A DNA stretch of 64,000 nt, from contig JABMQN010000014.1 of the NCBI GenBank assembly GCA_013203045.1, positions 28,373 through 92,372 of the forward strand, in the 5' to 3' direction. Below are positions 27,620 to 38,265 of the stretch, one piece after another. How positions within the stretch are numbered: position 1 is the stretch's first letter; each line of letters begins with the position of its first letter. Origin of the DNA: Chloroflexota bacterium (lineage in GTDB: Bacteria; Chloroflexota; Dehalococcoidia; SZUA-161; SpSt-899). Both the position numbers and the translations under genes were made by a program. The notes under the pieces were generated by a model, which was given only the letters and a program-made list of their open reading frames with translations, was not told the DNA's origin and searched no databases.

Positions 27620-28777
27620 ATGACTAGCGAATATGACTTCAATACCCCCATAGATCGCAGAGGAACTTCCAGCTTCAAATGGGATAAATACAAGGATCGT
27701 GATGTCATTCCTATGTGGGTGGCAGATATGGACTTCCGTTCACCTCCGGCTGTGATCGAAGCTCTGCATCAACGAGTAGACCACGGTGTTTTTGGTTATG
27801 GTGATGCCCCGTGTGAACTGAATGACATAATCGTCTCAATGTTACAGAGTGATTATGGATGGGCGATAGACTCTAGTTGGATTGTATGGTTACCCGGACT
27901 TGTTACAGGTCTCAATGTGACCTGTCGTGCGATTGGCGATGATGGCAGTGATGTGCTGACCAATACACCTGCATATCCGCCATTTCTTTCCGCACCAGAC
28001 AACTCAAGACGTAATCTGGTTTCTGTTCCGTTAGTAAGAGAAGATGACCGATGGAACTTTGATTTTGATCGGATTGAGAAAGCTATTACTCCCCAGACAA
28101 GGCTCTTCATTCTCTGCAATCCACACAATCCAACAGGCCGTGTCTTCACTCGCGACGAACTCGTTGAACTTTGTAGAATATGCGAACGTCACGACATAGT
28201 CATCTGCTCAGACGAAATCCATTGTGGACTAATTCTGGATACGGACAAAACGCATATCCCCACGGCAACACTGAGCTCTGATATTGCAGACCGTACCATT
28301 ACGTTAATGGCTCCGAGTAAAACCTATAATCTGCCCGGATTGGGATGTTCCTTTGCTATTATTTCAAATGATGATATACGATGGTCTTTTCGCAAAGCAA
28401 TGTCAGGGATCGTGCCTCATGTGAATGTGCTGGGGTTCACCGCTTCATTGGCTGCTTATCGAGATAGTCATGACTGGCAATTGGCACTCCTCTACTACTT
28501 GCGCACAAACCGTGATATTTTAGAGAAATCAATCCAAGGAATTGATGGATTGACTATGACTCACGTGGAAGCCACTTATCTGGCTTGGATCGATACACGC
28601 CAGGCGGGAATGGAGAAACCTGTTCGTTTCTTAGAGGAAGCGGGTGTGGGGCTTTCGGATGGGGCATACTTCGGTGATCCCGGTTTCGTTCGGCTCAATT
28701 TTGGTTGTCCAAGGACAATCCTAGAAGAAGCACTGCGATGTATTCGCACAGCAATGGAACACTTAGGCAAACAGTAA
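27620..28777 (+). CDS. patB: PatB/MalY family PLP-dependent C-S lyase
   Basis: PMWVADMDF, GVFGY, LCNPHNPTGRV, SDEIH, APSKTYN, ATYLAW, RLNFGCP. Confidence 0.9.
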   Translation: MTSEYDFNTPIDRRGTSSFKWDKYKDRDVIPMWVADMDFRSPPAVIEALHQRVDHGVFGYGDAPCELNDIIVSMLQSDYGWAIDSSWIVWLPGLVTGLNVTCRAIGDDGSDVLTNTPAYPPFLSAPDNSRRNLVSVPLVREDDRWNFDFDRIEKAITPQTRLFILCNPHNPTGRVFTRDELVELCRICERHDIVICSDEIHCGLILDTDKTHIPTATLSSDIADRTITLMAPSKTYNLPGLGCSFAIISNDDIRWSFRKAMSGIVPHVNVLGFTASLAAYRDSHDWQLALLYYLRTNRDILEKSIQGIDGLTMTHVEATYLAWIDTRQAGMEKPVRFLEEAGVGLSDGAYFGDPGFVRLNFGCPRTILEEALRCIRTAMEHLGKQ

Positions 28778-28787
28778 ACTCCCAACC

Positions 28788-28966
28788 CAGGGCAATCGCA
28801 TTTTATTGTGGGGCACTTCAAGCAGTCCTCATCGTTCATGACGGGCAAGATGCCCGTCCTACGAGGGCTTTTCTATCATGCTTCCGTAGGTCAGGCGTCC
28901 CGCCTGACACGTGTGGACGCGTCTTTGTCCTGCATTCATAGCTATATATAAGATGCGATTACCCTA
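28788..28966. mobile_element. 179-bp non-autonomous MITE with ISAs1-like ends and a 10-bp target-site duplication
   Basis: Terminal inverted repeats CAGGGCAATCGCATTTTAT / ATAAGATGCGATTACCCTA, flanked by direct repeat ACTCCCAACC (28778-28787 and 28967-28976). Confidence 0.8.
28840..28908. repeat. Two GTAG-type REP hairpins inside the MITE
   Basis: GACGGGCAAGATGCCCGTC-CTAC and GTAG-GTCAGGCGTCCCGCCTGAC. Confidence 0.7.
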
Positions 28967-29051
28967 ACTCCCAACCCACTCCCACTTCAGAAGCACCATT
29001 CCCTTATGTTAGAATTAGGAGTATTATTTTTGATGATTAGGAGCTTGTTAC

Positions 29052-30206
29052 ATGAGGACCGCAAAACGAATTGAAAAGCTGCCGCCATATTTGTTTGTTG
29101 GAATAACGAAGAAAATAGCTGAGAAACGTGCCCAGGGAGTGGACGTTATCAGTTTTGCCATCGGCGATCCTGACATTCCTACACCTGACCATATTATCGA
29201 TCGACTGTGTGAAGCAGCCCGCGATCCGGTTAATCATCGTTACCCGGAGACCGATGGACTTCCGGAGCTTCGCCAGACTATTGCTGACTGGTATCACAAA
29301 CGCTTCGGGTTGAAACTGGACTCGGATAAGGAAATATTACCACTAATTGGTTCTAAAGAGGGAATCGGGCACATGTCATTCTGTTTCATTGATCAGGACG
29401 ACCTCGCCCTGGTACCTGATCCTGGCTATCCCGTCTATTCGATGAGCACCATACTTGCAGGTGGTGAACCGCATTATCTCCCGCTTACGGAAGAGAACAA
29501 CTTCTTACCCGATCTGGCATCAGTTCCAACCAGAGTTGCAGAAAAATCTAAGATCTTGTGGATCAACTACCCAAATAATCCTACCGCTGCGGTAGCGGAC
29601 CTCGATTTCTTTGAGCAGTCAGTGACCTTCGCAAAGAGATACGATCTGTTAGTCTGTCATGATGCACCGTATACTGAAGTGGCTTTTGATGGATACCGTC
29701 CTATAAGCCTCTTGCAAGCGCCGGGGGCAATGGAAGTAGGTGTTGAATTCCATTCATTCTCCAAAACATATAACATGACTGGATGGCGCATTGGGATGGC
29801 CGTGGGGAATGCGACTGCTATTAATGCTCTGATGCGAATGAAATCGAACCTCGATTCCGGGATAAACCAGGCGATTCAGCAGATGGCAATTGCTGCCTTC
29901 AATGGACCTCAGGACTGCATTGCAAAAAACAATGCTATCTATCAGAAGCGGCGTGATAAGGTAATCGAGACTTTAAATAAGATAGGGCTTAAAGCGAATC
30001 CTCCAAAGGCCAGCCTTTATGTTTGGGCCCGTATTCCCGAGGGTTACACCTCCGCCGATTATGCGACAAAGCTCATCGATGAGGCGGGTGTTGTGGTTAC
30101 ACCGGGTACAGGCTACGGAGACGCTGGAGAAGGCTATATTCGCCTCTCTCTTACGATCCCCGATGACCGACTTGAAGAGGGACTCGCCCGACTGGAAAAA
30201 CTGTAG
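29052..30206 (+). CDS. dapL: LL-diaminopimelate aminotransferase (class I PLP)
   Basis: LPPYLF, IGDPD.PTP, LIGSKEGIGH, NYPNNPT, EFHSFSKTYNMTGWR, KSNLDSG. Confidence 0.85.
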   Translation: MRTAKRIEKLPPYLFVGITKKIAEKRAQGVDVISFAIGDPDIPTPDHIIDRLCEAARDPVNHRYPETDGLPELRQTIADWYHKRFGLKLDSDKEILPLIGSKEGIGHMSFCFIDQDDLALVPDPGYPVYSMSTILAGGEPHYLPLTEENNFLPDLASVPTRVAEKSKILWINYPNNPTAAVADLDFFEQSVTFAKRYDLLVCHDAPYTEVAFDGYRPISLLQAPGAMEVGVEFHSFSKTYNMTGWRIGMAVGNATAINALMRMKSNLDSGINQAIQQMAIAAFNGPQDCIAKNNAIYQKRRDKVIETLNKIGLKANPPKASLYVWARIPEGYTSADYATKLIDEAGVVVTPGTGYGDAGEGYIRLSLTIPDDRLEEGLARLEKL

Positions 30207-30260
30207 AGTGGTTGATGGTTAGAGATAGTTGGGTGGTTGATAGTTAATGGTTCATATTGT

Positions 30261-30419
30261 ATGAAAATAGAGCGGTTTCAAGACATTGATGCATGGAAAG
30301 AGTCTCGTGTGCTAGTATCACAGGTCTATATGATTACCTCACAATCACCGTTAAATGATTGGGGCAAGGATCCAATACAAAACCACCAACCAAATAACCA
30401 CCAACCAATCGGAGGCTAA
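30261..30419 (+). pseudogene. Remnant of a four-helix-bundle (23S rRNA IVP-like) protein gene
   Basis: MKIERFQDIDAWKESR.L...VY.IT...DWG.D.IQ, then breaks off. Flanked by GTTGATGGTT/GTTGGGTGGTT-type repeats upstream and complementary AACCACCAACCA repeats downstream. Confidence 0.7.
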
Positions 30420-30420
30420 C

Positions 30421-31743
30421 ATACCCAAGAAACGCACAACTCCTACTAGACAAGAGCCGGAGAAGGCTATATTGGTTGGCATCGAGCTCAAACGATCCCA
30501 ACATATATGGTCGATTGATGACTCGCTGGAAGAGTTGGCGCTCCTGGCCGAGACTGCTGGGGCAAAGGTCGTCGGAACAGTCACGCAGAAGCTTGATAGA
30601 ATCAGTCCATCTCATCTCATTGGCAAAGGTAAGCTTGAAGAACTGATCGAGCTCAAGGATGAACTTAATAGCGATCTAATCATCTTTGATGACGAGCTTT
30701 CTCCGGCACAGCAACGAAACCTCGATAGGGCGATGGGAGTCAAGGTCCTTGACCGAACCGCGCTTATCCTCGATATCTTCGCTAGTCGTGCCCATACCCA
30801 TGAAGGCCGACTCCAAGTCGATCTGGCCCAGCACCAATATCTGCTGCCCAGGTTAGCCGGTCTCTGGCCCCACCTGGAACGACTTGGCGGTGGAATTGGA
30901 ACCAGGGGACCGGGTGAGACGCAGTTAGAATCTGATCGACGCCATATTGAATTACGCATAAAGCACCTCAAGTCACAAATTGAAGATGTCCGTAAACATC
31001 GAGCGCAGTACCGTCAGCGGCGTGCGACTACCGGCATTCCGGTGATTGCACTTGTCGGATACACCAATGCTGGCAAGAGCACTCTCCTAAATGCTCTCAG
31101 CCAATCAGACGTATTTGTGGAAGATAAACTCTTCGCCACGCTAGATACCACTACACGACGATTGACTTTACATAACAATCAAGAAGCGCTCATGAGTGAT
31201 ACCGTTGGTTTCATCCAAAAGCTACCGCCTACAGTAGTAGCAGCATTCAAAGCCACCCTGGAGGAATTGAATGAAGCTGATATACTCCTTCATGTAATTG
31301 ACATAACACACAAGAATGCGGCAGAACAGGCTCAAACTGTTGATGATTTACTTGAAGAATTGGGGTTGAGTGATAAACCAAAGATCATCGCTATTAACAA
31401 GGTCGATCTGCTGGCAGAGGAAGATGGCATTAGTGGAGAGGAGGCGATCAAACACTATCGTCAACGAATGGGTGATGATATTGGCCCAGTGATACCCATT
31501 GCAGCAGCGCAGGGGTGGGGGCTGAAAGGGCTGCAAAATCTAATTGCGGATATGTTGAGTGAAAGAATGGTGAGTGTTACGGTTAATATTCCCTACAGTG
31601 CTGCCGACCTGGTAAACCTTTTCCACCGATACGGAACGATTGAACATGAGGAATACACCGAGTCAGGCTCACTTATCTCGGGTAAAATACCGAGAAAAAT
31701 TGAGCCAGAATTCCGGGAGCGCGCCTCGAAACCGGATAACTAA
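30421..31743 (+). CDS. hflX: GTPase HflX (start uncertain; probable ATA at 30421)
   Basis: [72 protein letters not shown]. Confidence 0.93.
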   Translation: MPKKRTTPTRQEPEKAILVGIELKRSQHIWSIDDSLEELALLAETAGAKVVGTVTQKLDRISPSHLIGKGKLEELIELKDELNSDLIIFDDELSPAQQRNLDRAMGVKVLDRTALILDIFASRAHTHEGRLQVDLAQHQYLLPRLAGLWPHLERLGGGIGTRGPGETQLESDRRHIELRIKHLKSQIEDVRKHRAQYRQRRATTGIPVIALVGYTNAGKSTLLNALSQSDVFVEDKLFATLDTTTRRLTLHNNQEALMSDTVGFIQKLPPTVVAAFKATLEELNEADILLHVIDITHKNAAEQAQTVDDLLEELGLSDKPKIIAINKVDLLAEEDGISGEEAIKHYRQRMGDDIGPVIPIAAAQGWGLKGLQNLIADMLSERMVSVTVNIPYSAADLVNLFHRYGTIEHEEYTESGSLISGKIPRKIEPEFRERASKPDN

Positions 31744-31751
31744 CATCGATG

Positions 31752-31857
31752 GTCATTGCCGATGAGCCTCAGGCAATGAATAAATCTCATTGGCGGCTGT
31801 GATTCTCGTAGCGCGAGGCTTTAGCCTCGCTTGGGCGACCCTGAAGGGTCGCACTAC
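31752..31857. repeat. REP cluster: degenerate GTCATTG hairpin plus GTAG...CTAC doublet
   Basis: TCATTGCC...GGCAATGA; GTAG-CGCGAGGCTTTAGCCTCGC and GCGACCCTGAAGGGTCGC-ACTAC (31808-31857). Confidence 0.7.
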
Positions 31858-31968
31858 GGACTCAACGGAGTTACAGGGACGTAGTAGTCAGGGAAATTTT
31901 TCGCTTTGCTTGGAAGGGAAAGGAAAATTCCAGTAGCATTGAAGGTAGTAAATCGCTAGAATAATGGT

Positions 31969-34900
31969 GTGGCCTCACTGGATTTATTCCATCCCCTCAT
32001 TTCAAAATGGTTTGCAGAACAAGTTGGTAAGCCAACGGATGTACAGGACCAAGCATGGCCAAAGATATCCACTGGCGAGCACATATTAGTTACTGCACCC
32101 ACCGGCAGCGGTAAAACTCTAACAGCATTTCTGTGGGCTATCAATCAACTGGTCGCTGGCCAGTGGCCTACCGGACACACCAGCGTCCTTTACGTTTCAC
32201 CGCTCAAAGCTCTGAACAACGATATCCGGCGCAACTTGATTTCACCACTAAGTTCCTTGAAAGAGATGTTCGAACGGGAAGGAGAAGCGTTTCCAGATAT
32301 CCGGATTCAAACGCGGAGCGGAGACACTCCACAATCGGAGCGGATGCGAATGCAACGGCATCCCCCGGAAATCCTCATTACGACCCCGGAGAGCCTGAAC
32401 CTGATCTTGAGTTCCCCCAATGCAAGGTCGATTTTAAGGGATCTCTCCACTGTTATTCTCGATGAAATCCACGGAGTTATCGATAGCAAACGGGGCACCC
32501 ACCTTATCACTGCTGTGGATCGGCTTGTTCTGTTATGTGGCGAATTTCAGCGTATTTCCCTTTCCGCTACCATAAAACCGCTGGAGAAGGTTGCCGAATT
32601 CGTAGCCGGATATGCCATCGAAGGGAGTCCTCAGAATCCCAAGTACTTACCACGGCAGACTTCTATCGTACAATCCGGTGCATCCAAGGATTACGAAGTT
32701 AAAGTGCGTTTCCCTGAAGAGGCTCTCGATTGGAATACGCATGAATCGTTGTGGGACCCGCTGGTGGGAGAGTTTAAAAAGGTAGTGGGACAGAATCAGT
32801 CAACTTTGTTTTTCACCAATAGTCGCCGACTTTGCGAAAAGATGACTCACAAGATCAATGACGGCGAAGATCATACAATTGCCTATTCTCACCACGGGTC
32901 TCTTTCACGCGAAATACGAACGGAAGTGGAACATAAGCTCAAGGCCGGGGATCTAAAAGCCATCATTGCCACCAACTCACTGGAAATGGGAATTGATATA
33001 GGAGCGCTCGATGAAGTGGTATTGATCCAGTCGCCACCTTCAGTATCATCCGCCATTCAACGAGTGGGCCGTGCCGGACATCAGGTCGGTGAAGTAAGCA
33101 AAGGCACGGTTTTTCCCACCCACTCAAATGATTTTCTTCAGGCAGCGGTGCTGGCAGCTGGGATCATAAACCAAGATATTGAAGAAGTTAAACCCGTTGA
33201 GTGCCCTCTGGATGTACTGGCTCAGATAATTATCTCAATGGTAGGAGTGGAGATATGGAATATCGATGAGTTGTATTCGCAACTAAAATCCAGCTATCCC
33301 TATAGAAATCTGAGTCGGGAGCAGTTCGACCTGGTCTTGAACATGCTTGGCGGTCGATATGCCGATAGTCGGGTTCGCGAACTCAAGCCAACGATTTCGA
33401 TTGACCGACTCGATAACACCGTAGTAGCTCGAAAGGGTGCGTTGCTTTCGTTATACACATCCGGCGGCACTATTCCCGATAGGGGATATTTCCATCTTCG
33501 CCACAACGAAACCGGTGCGTTAATTGGTGAACTTGATGAGGAGTTCGTCTGGGAGGCATCTGTCGGACAGATATTCACGCTGGGAGCCCAGAACTGGAAG
33601 ATCGAGAGAATTACGCATAACGACATGTTTGTTTCACCGGGGAATCCCAAAGCGCTGGCCCCTCCATTCTGGATCGGTGAGGAGCAGAACAGGGATTTCC
33701 ATTTCTCAGAAATGATAGCCGAATTTCTTGAGATAGCGAATGATCAGTTAGATTCGCCAGATTTTATGAGTTTTCTGAGAAAAGAGCATTTCATGGACCC
33801 AACCGCAGCACAGCAGTTGATAAGCTATTTAAAAAGACAAAGGGAGGAAACCGACTGCAATCTGCCTCACAGGCATCACATATTGATAGAACTGGTCGCT
33901 TCCGGACCGGGAGGATTCCCGGGCAACCAGTTGGTACTGCACACTCTTTGGGGAGGCTCTGTAAATCGACCCTTTGCCATGGCACTGGACGCAGCCTGGG
34001 AAGAACGATTTGGGCAAAAACTCGAAGTATATACCAGTGACGATTGCATCGTGCTTCAACTTCCGAATGACGTTCGCGGAGAGGAAATCCTCTCACTGGT
34101 GACTAGCACCAATGTAGAAACACTGTTAAGAAAAAGACTTGAGGGTTCGGGATACTTTGGGGCACGGTTCCGAGAGTGTGCCGGACGGGCACTGTTACTA
34201 ACTCGCAATAGAGTATCCCAACGAATGCCTCTTTGGATGAGTAGATTGCGCTCTCAGAAGTTGATGGATGCAGTGATGAAATACGATGATTTCCCCATCC
34301 TGATTGAAGCATGGCGAACCTGTCTTCAGGATGAATTTGACATGCAGAACTTGAAGCAAGTGTTAAGTGAACTCGAATGCGGCTTGATCTGCCGGACTGA
34401 AGTGCGGACCAATTCCCCGAGCCCCATGGCCCAAAGCTCTACATGGCGCCAGATTACCGAATACATGTACATGACGGACAAACCCGGAGGGGAGACGATA
34501 TCGAAGCTGCGCAGTGATCTACTTCGCGATGTGGTGTTCACTCCTGGTATTCGGCCCACCATCTCACCGGAACTTATTGATAAATTCGAATTGAAACGTC
34601 AAAGGCTGGCCCCCGGATATGCACCGGAAACATCACGTGAGTTGCTTGACTGGGTGAAGGAACGATTGATCATCCCCTATTCGGAATGGGGGAAATTACT
34701 GCAGGCGATACACCGGGATCACGAAGTGAATATTGTAGAATTCCTGGAACCTGTCTCCAGGAAAATCGTAAGAGTATTTCTCCCTCAAATATCGGACCCT
34801 CTTGTTGTAGCCATCGAGGAATTGCCACGAGTTGTCCATGGGCTTTGGCCTGATTCCATGTCATTGCGAGGCATTACAAATGCCGCGGCAATCTCCCAGT

Positions 34901-36514
34901 CTCCAGATGAGATTGCTTCGTCGCCTACGGCTTCTCGCAAAGACACAATATGTCTTGATGGCACAATTCCAATAATAAGCGAATACGAAACTGAAGAGGA
35001 TCACGACGAGGTTTTGACATCGATTCTTGGGCAATGGGTCCAGTTCTACGGCCCCATTACACCGGAAATCATCAGATCTAAACTCGGTATCGAGACGGAA
35101 AGACTTAGTTTGGTGCTTGAGGATCTGATTGATTCCGAAAGTATCATCACTGGACAGCTAACCACAGATGGCACAGACAATGAAATCTGCGATAGCGAGA
35201 ATTTCGAAATACTACTGCGGCTTTCACGAGTTGAAACCATACCCCCATTTGAGCCACTGGATATTGAGTGGTTGCCTTTATTCCTGGCCACTCACCAAAA
35301 ACTCACCGATCCTCCCAATGATGTTGATGGACTATTTGCCTGCATAGAACAGCTTGCTTGCTATCCAGTTGAAAGTGCAAAATGGGAAACTGACATTCTT
35401 TCTGCTCGGATGCAATCGTATTCCACGTCCCAGTTAGATACGATCATACAAGAGGGAGACCTTAGATGGATAGGCAGCGGAAGGGAACAGGTTTCTTTCT
35501 GCTTTGAATCAGAACTCGATTTGATTCAAGAAGAGAACTCTCAGCAAACAGAAAATGGAGCACCACAAAGTTCAGTGGATAAACTGTTCTCTGATTTATC
35601 AGGTTGGTATGATTTCTCCACCCTCATGAGAACATCAAACGCAACTCCAGGTGAACTGTCCGAGCAACTCTGGGAAGCAGTATGGCACGGGCAAGTAACC
35701 AACGATACATTCGCATCGTTACGGAAGGGAATCGAGAACCGATTCAAGGTTCCTAATATAACCCCTGAGAAGCAAAGCCTACGTAGTCGGGGCCGCCGAT
35801 CCGGTAGCCGTGCGAGTTTCACACGATGGAAGGGGTCTTTGCCGTTTGCCGGCAACTGGTTCCGGTTACCAATCCCGGACACATCCGATGACTTAATCGA
35901 GATTGAAGAACGGAATAAGGAACGTGCCAGACTGTTACTGGATCGTTACGGCATCCTCTTCAGGCAATTGTTGGTTAACGAATCATCAGCGTTTCGCTGG
36001 CCGAGCGTCTTTCGATCTTTACGATTAATGGAACTCTCCGGAGAAGTGCTGTCAGGATATTTCTTCGAGGGGATTCCCGGTCCACAGTTTATCTCACATC
36101 AGGCGTTTCGCGAACTGCAGAGGAAACTGCCGGAAGATGCCGTCTATTGGATTAACGCCACTGATCCGATATCTTTGTGTGGTATTCAAATCGATTCTTT
36201 AAAAGGCATGCTACCAAAGCGCGTTCCCAGCACGCATCTGGTCTTTCGAGGGAAGGACTTGATCATGGTATCGCAGCGTTAATGGCAAGGTATTAACTTT
36301 CAATATAACACCTGATGATCCTCGTTTGACCGAGTATCTGGGTGTACTACGCCATCTGCTTACCCGCCGATTTCAACCTGTACGCCGAATCACTATCGAG
36401 ACTATTAATGCAGAGGAAGCTGCACGGAGCCCTTATATCGATGCACTGCGCACCGGTTTCGAGTTGATGATCGAACACAAGAATGTTATTCTATACAACG
36501 CGTCTCGTAGATAA
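31969..36514 (+). CDS. lhr: Lhr-family ATP-dependent DEAH-box helicase, frameshifted near the 3' end
   Basis: APTGSGKT, YVSPLKAL, TTPES, DEIH, SAT, HHGSLS, SLEMGIDIG, QRVGRAGH, GTIPDRG. The frame stops at 36282 and resumes in the +1 frame to 36514. Confidence 0.88.
34859..34945. repeat. GTCATTGCGAG-type palindromic element inserted in-frame in lhr
   Basis: TGTCATTGCGAG...GCAATCTC...GAGATTGC...CTCGCAAAGACA; 87 bp (29 codons). Confidence 0.8.
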
Positions 36515-36522
36515 CTGTATTT

Positions 36523-37458
36523 ATGGAAGATTCACTATCAAAAGCAAAAGAGCATCTTGAAAGGGCAAATGCCTACAAGGTTAACAATGAGATCGAAAAA
36601 GCACTTTATGAAGTAGAGTGCGCAAACCGATGGGCCCCTAATTGGGCTGATCCCCATTATTTGAGAGGACTTCTCCTGGAATCGCTTGGACGAAGTCAAG
36701 AAGCTCAAGCAGCCTTTCATAAGGCAGAATTGCTTGACCTTTCATTCCGCAAAACCAATTCTGTGTTTGATGGCAACAAAGAAGAGGCTGCCACAACTGT
36801 TCCATGGACTGCACGAGATGTATGGTTGGGTTTTGCACTATTCATCGGTATTGTAATCGCTTTCATTGGGGTCTCGGTGGCGCTATGGTTACTCTCTATA
36901 GAAATAAAACTGGAGTTGTTAATTGTAATTAACGAAGCACTATTTCTGGTACCGGTTTGGTGGTTTGCCTGGCGAAGGTATGGAAGCGATTGGAAGACAT
37001 TGGGATTTAGAGGGTTTGATTGGAATATCGTTTGGATCGGATTTGGCCTTTTATTCGCCTCCTATATTTTTACTATCATTTATGGACTGATCGTAACACA
37101 AATATTCGATTCGGAAATGCAACCCGATCTAGGTCCGGTCGCAGATGAAATGTCATTTCCCTGGCTGCTCATTATAACAGCAGTGGTTATCGCTCCAGTT
37201 GTGGAAGAGATATTTTTCAGAGGATTTATTTTTGCCGGATTTCGGCAGCGTTACGGCTGGCAGAAGGCAGCCCTGATCAGTTCTGCGTTGTTCGCATTGG
37301 TTCATATGCAACCCTTGGCGTTTATTCCGCTTTTCATTTTGGGATATATATTTGCATTCCTCTACCATCGGAGTAATTCCATATTACCTGGCATTTTAAT
37401 GCACTTCATCGTTAACCTGTGGGGAGTTTTCGTAGAGTTCGTTATACTTTCCGATTGA
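36523..37458 (+). CDS. TPR domain + CPBP (CAAX/Abi) intramembrane protease
   Basis: N-terminal TPR-like helices (ADPHYLRGLLLESLGR); APVVEEIFFRG, FALVH, GILMHFIVN. Confidence 0.88.
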   Translation: MEDSLSKAKEHLERANAYKVNNEIEKALYEVECANRWAPNWADPHYLRGLLLESLGRSQEAQAAFHKAELLDLSFRKTNSVFDGNKEEAATTVPWTARDVWLGFALFIGIVIAFIGVSVALWLLSIEIKLELLIVINEALFLVPVWWFAWRRYGSDWKTLGFRGFDWNIVWIGFGLLFASYIFTIIYGLIVTQIFDSEMQPDLGPVADEMSFPWLLIITAVVIAPVVEEIFFRGFIFAGFRQRYGWQKAALISSALFALVHMQPLAFIPLFILGYIFAFLYHRSNSILPGILMHFIVNLWGVFVEFVILSD

Positions 37459-37605
37459 TGTACGCTTGCGCTGCGGATCATTCGATGAACCAGCTAGTCA
37501 AATCACTCTGAATGTATCATATGTGTGATTAGAATTGGGAGTTGATGGGGTGTACTAAACCGCAGAGGTGAGAATGATAAGTGAGAAGGAAGAAAGTCTG
37601 GAGAC

Positions 37606-38265
37606 TTATGGGATGATTTCTACGGATCCGTTATGGACCTCATAACCAGCCATCTCTTTGAAATCATGGTCGGTCAGCATTAAATCCCCAATAGTAAGAT
37701 CATAGGGTCTGATTCCAGCCGAATTCACTACTTGCAGACTGAATGTGGATAAAATCCCACTCGAGTCAGTAACATCCGTCATACCCTTCCGAGCGATAGC
37801 AAAGCGAACTTTACCAGCCGTGTTATCAATACTTTTAGTCCCGATGAGGGGATCGACACCAAGCAGGTCACCCGATACTACATCGATTAATTGAAACACC
37901 GTCGGATCAAATTCCAAAACTACTTCACAACCGCTAACTCCAGACCCTGTCAAGTTTGCCACCAGGTTTACGCTGATCTCTTCACCGGACCGAGTTTCAC
38001 TGTATTGGGGATCAATGTAAATGCCTGAGATGGGAACGACTGGCGTTTGGCTTACTTCAGGTGGTGTTTGCGGTAAAGGAGGTTGAACATCTTCTGGTGT
38101 TGGTACTACTGGAGGTGTTGATGATACCCCTTCAGAGGCAGATGTTGAGACTAAAGTGTCCGTTGTTCCATCCCAACCAGTGACTCCCACGAATACAGCA
38201 CAAGCTAAAAGCACCATAGCCATTAGTGATAGAATTATCTTTGCCGCGCGTGTTTGAAGTATCAA
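37606..38265 (-). CDS. Membrane-anchored or secreted cohesin-domain protein with Pro/Thr linker
   Basis: N-terminal hydrophobic helix, PPVVPTPEDVQPPLPQTPP linker, cohesin-like beta domain (GVSGCEVVLEFDPTVFQ...GDLLG...GKVRFA...G.L.T.S.QV). Confidence 0.7.
   Translation of the reverse strand: MILQTRAAKIILSLMAMVLLACAVFVGVTGWDGTTDTLVSTSASEGVSSTPPVVPTPEDVQPPLPQTPPEVSQTPVVPISGIYIDPQYSETRSGEEISVNLVANLTGSGVSGCEVVLEFDPTVFQLIDVVSGDLLGVDPLIGTKSIDNTAGKVRFAIARKGMTDVTDSSGILSTFSLQVVNSAGIRPYDLTIGDLMLTDHDFKEMAGYEVHNGSVEIIP

Noticed and set aside
30209-30410. CRISPR array or simple microsatellite
   Set aside because: The repeats are short, degenerate and inverted across a gene remnant, with no repeat-spacer periodicity.
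36270-36290. Programmed ribosomal frameshift in lhr
   Set aside because: No slippery heptamer or clear stimulatory element; a single-base insertion is simpler.
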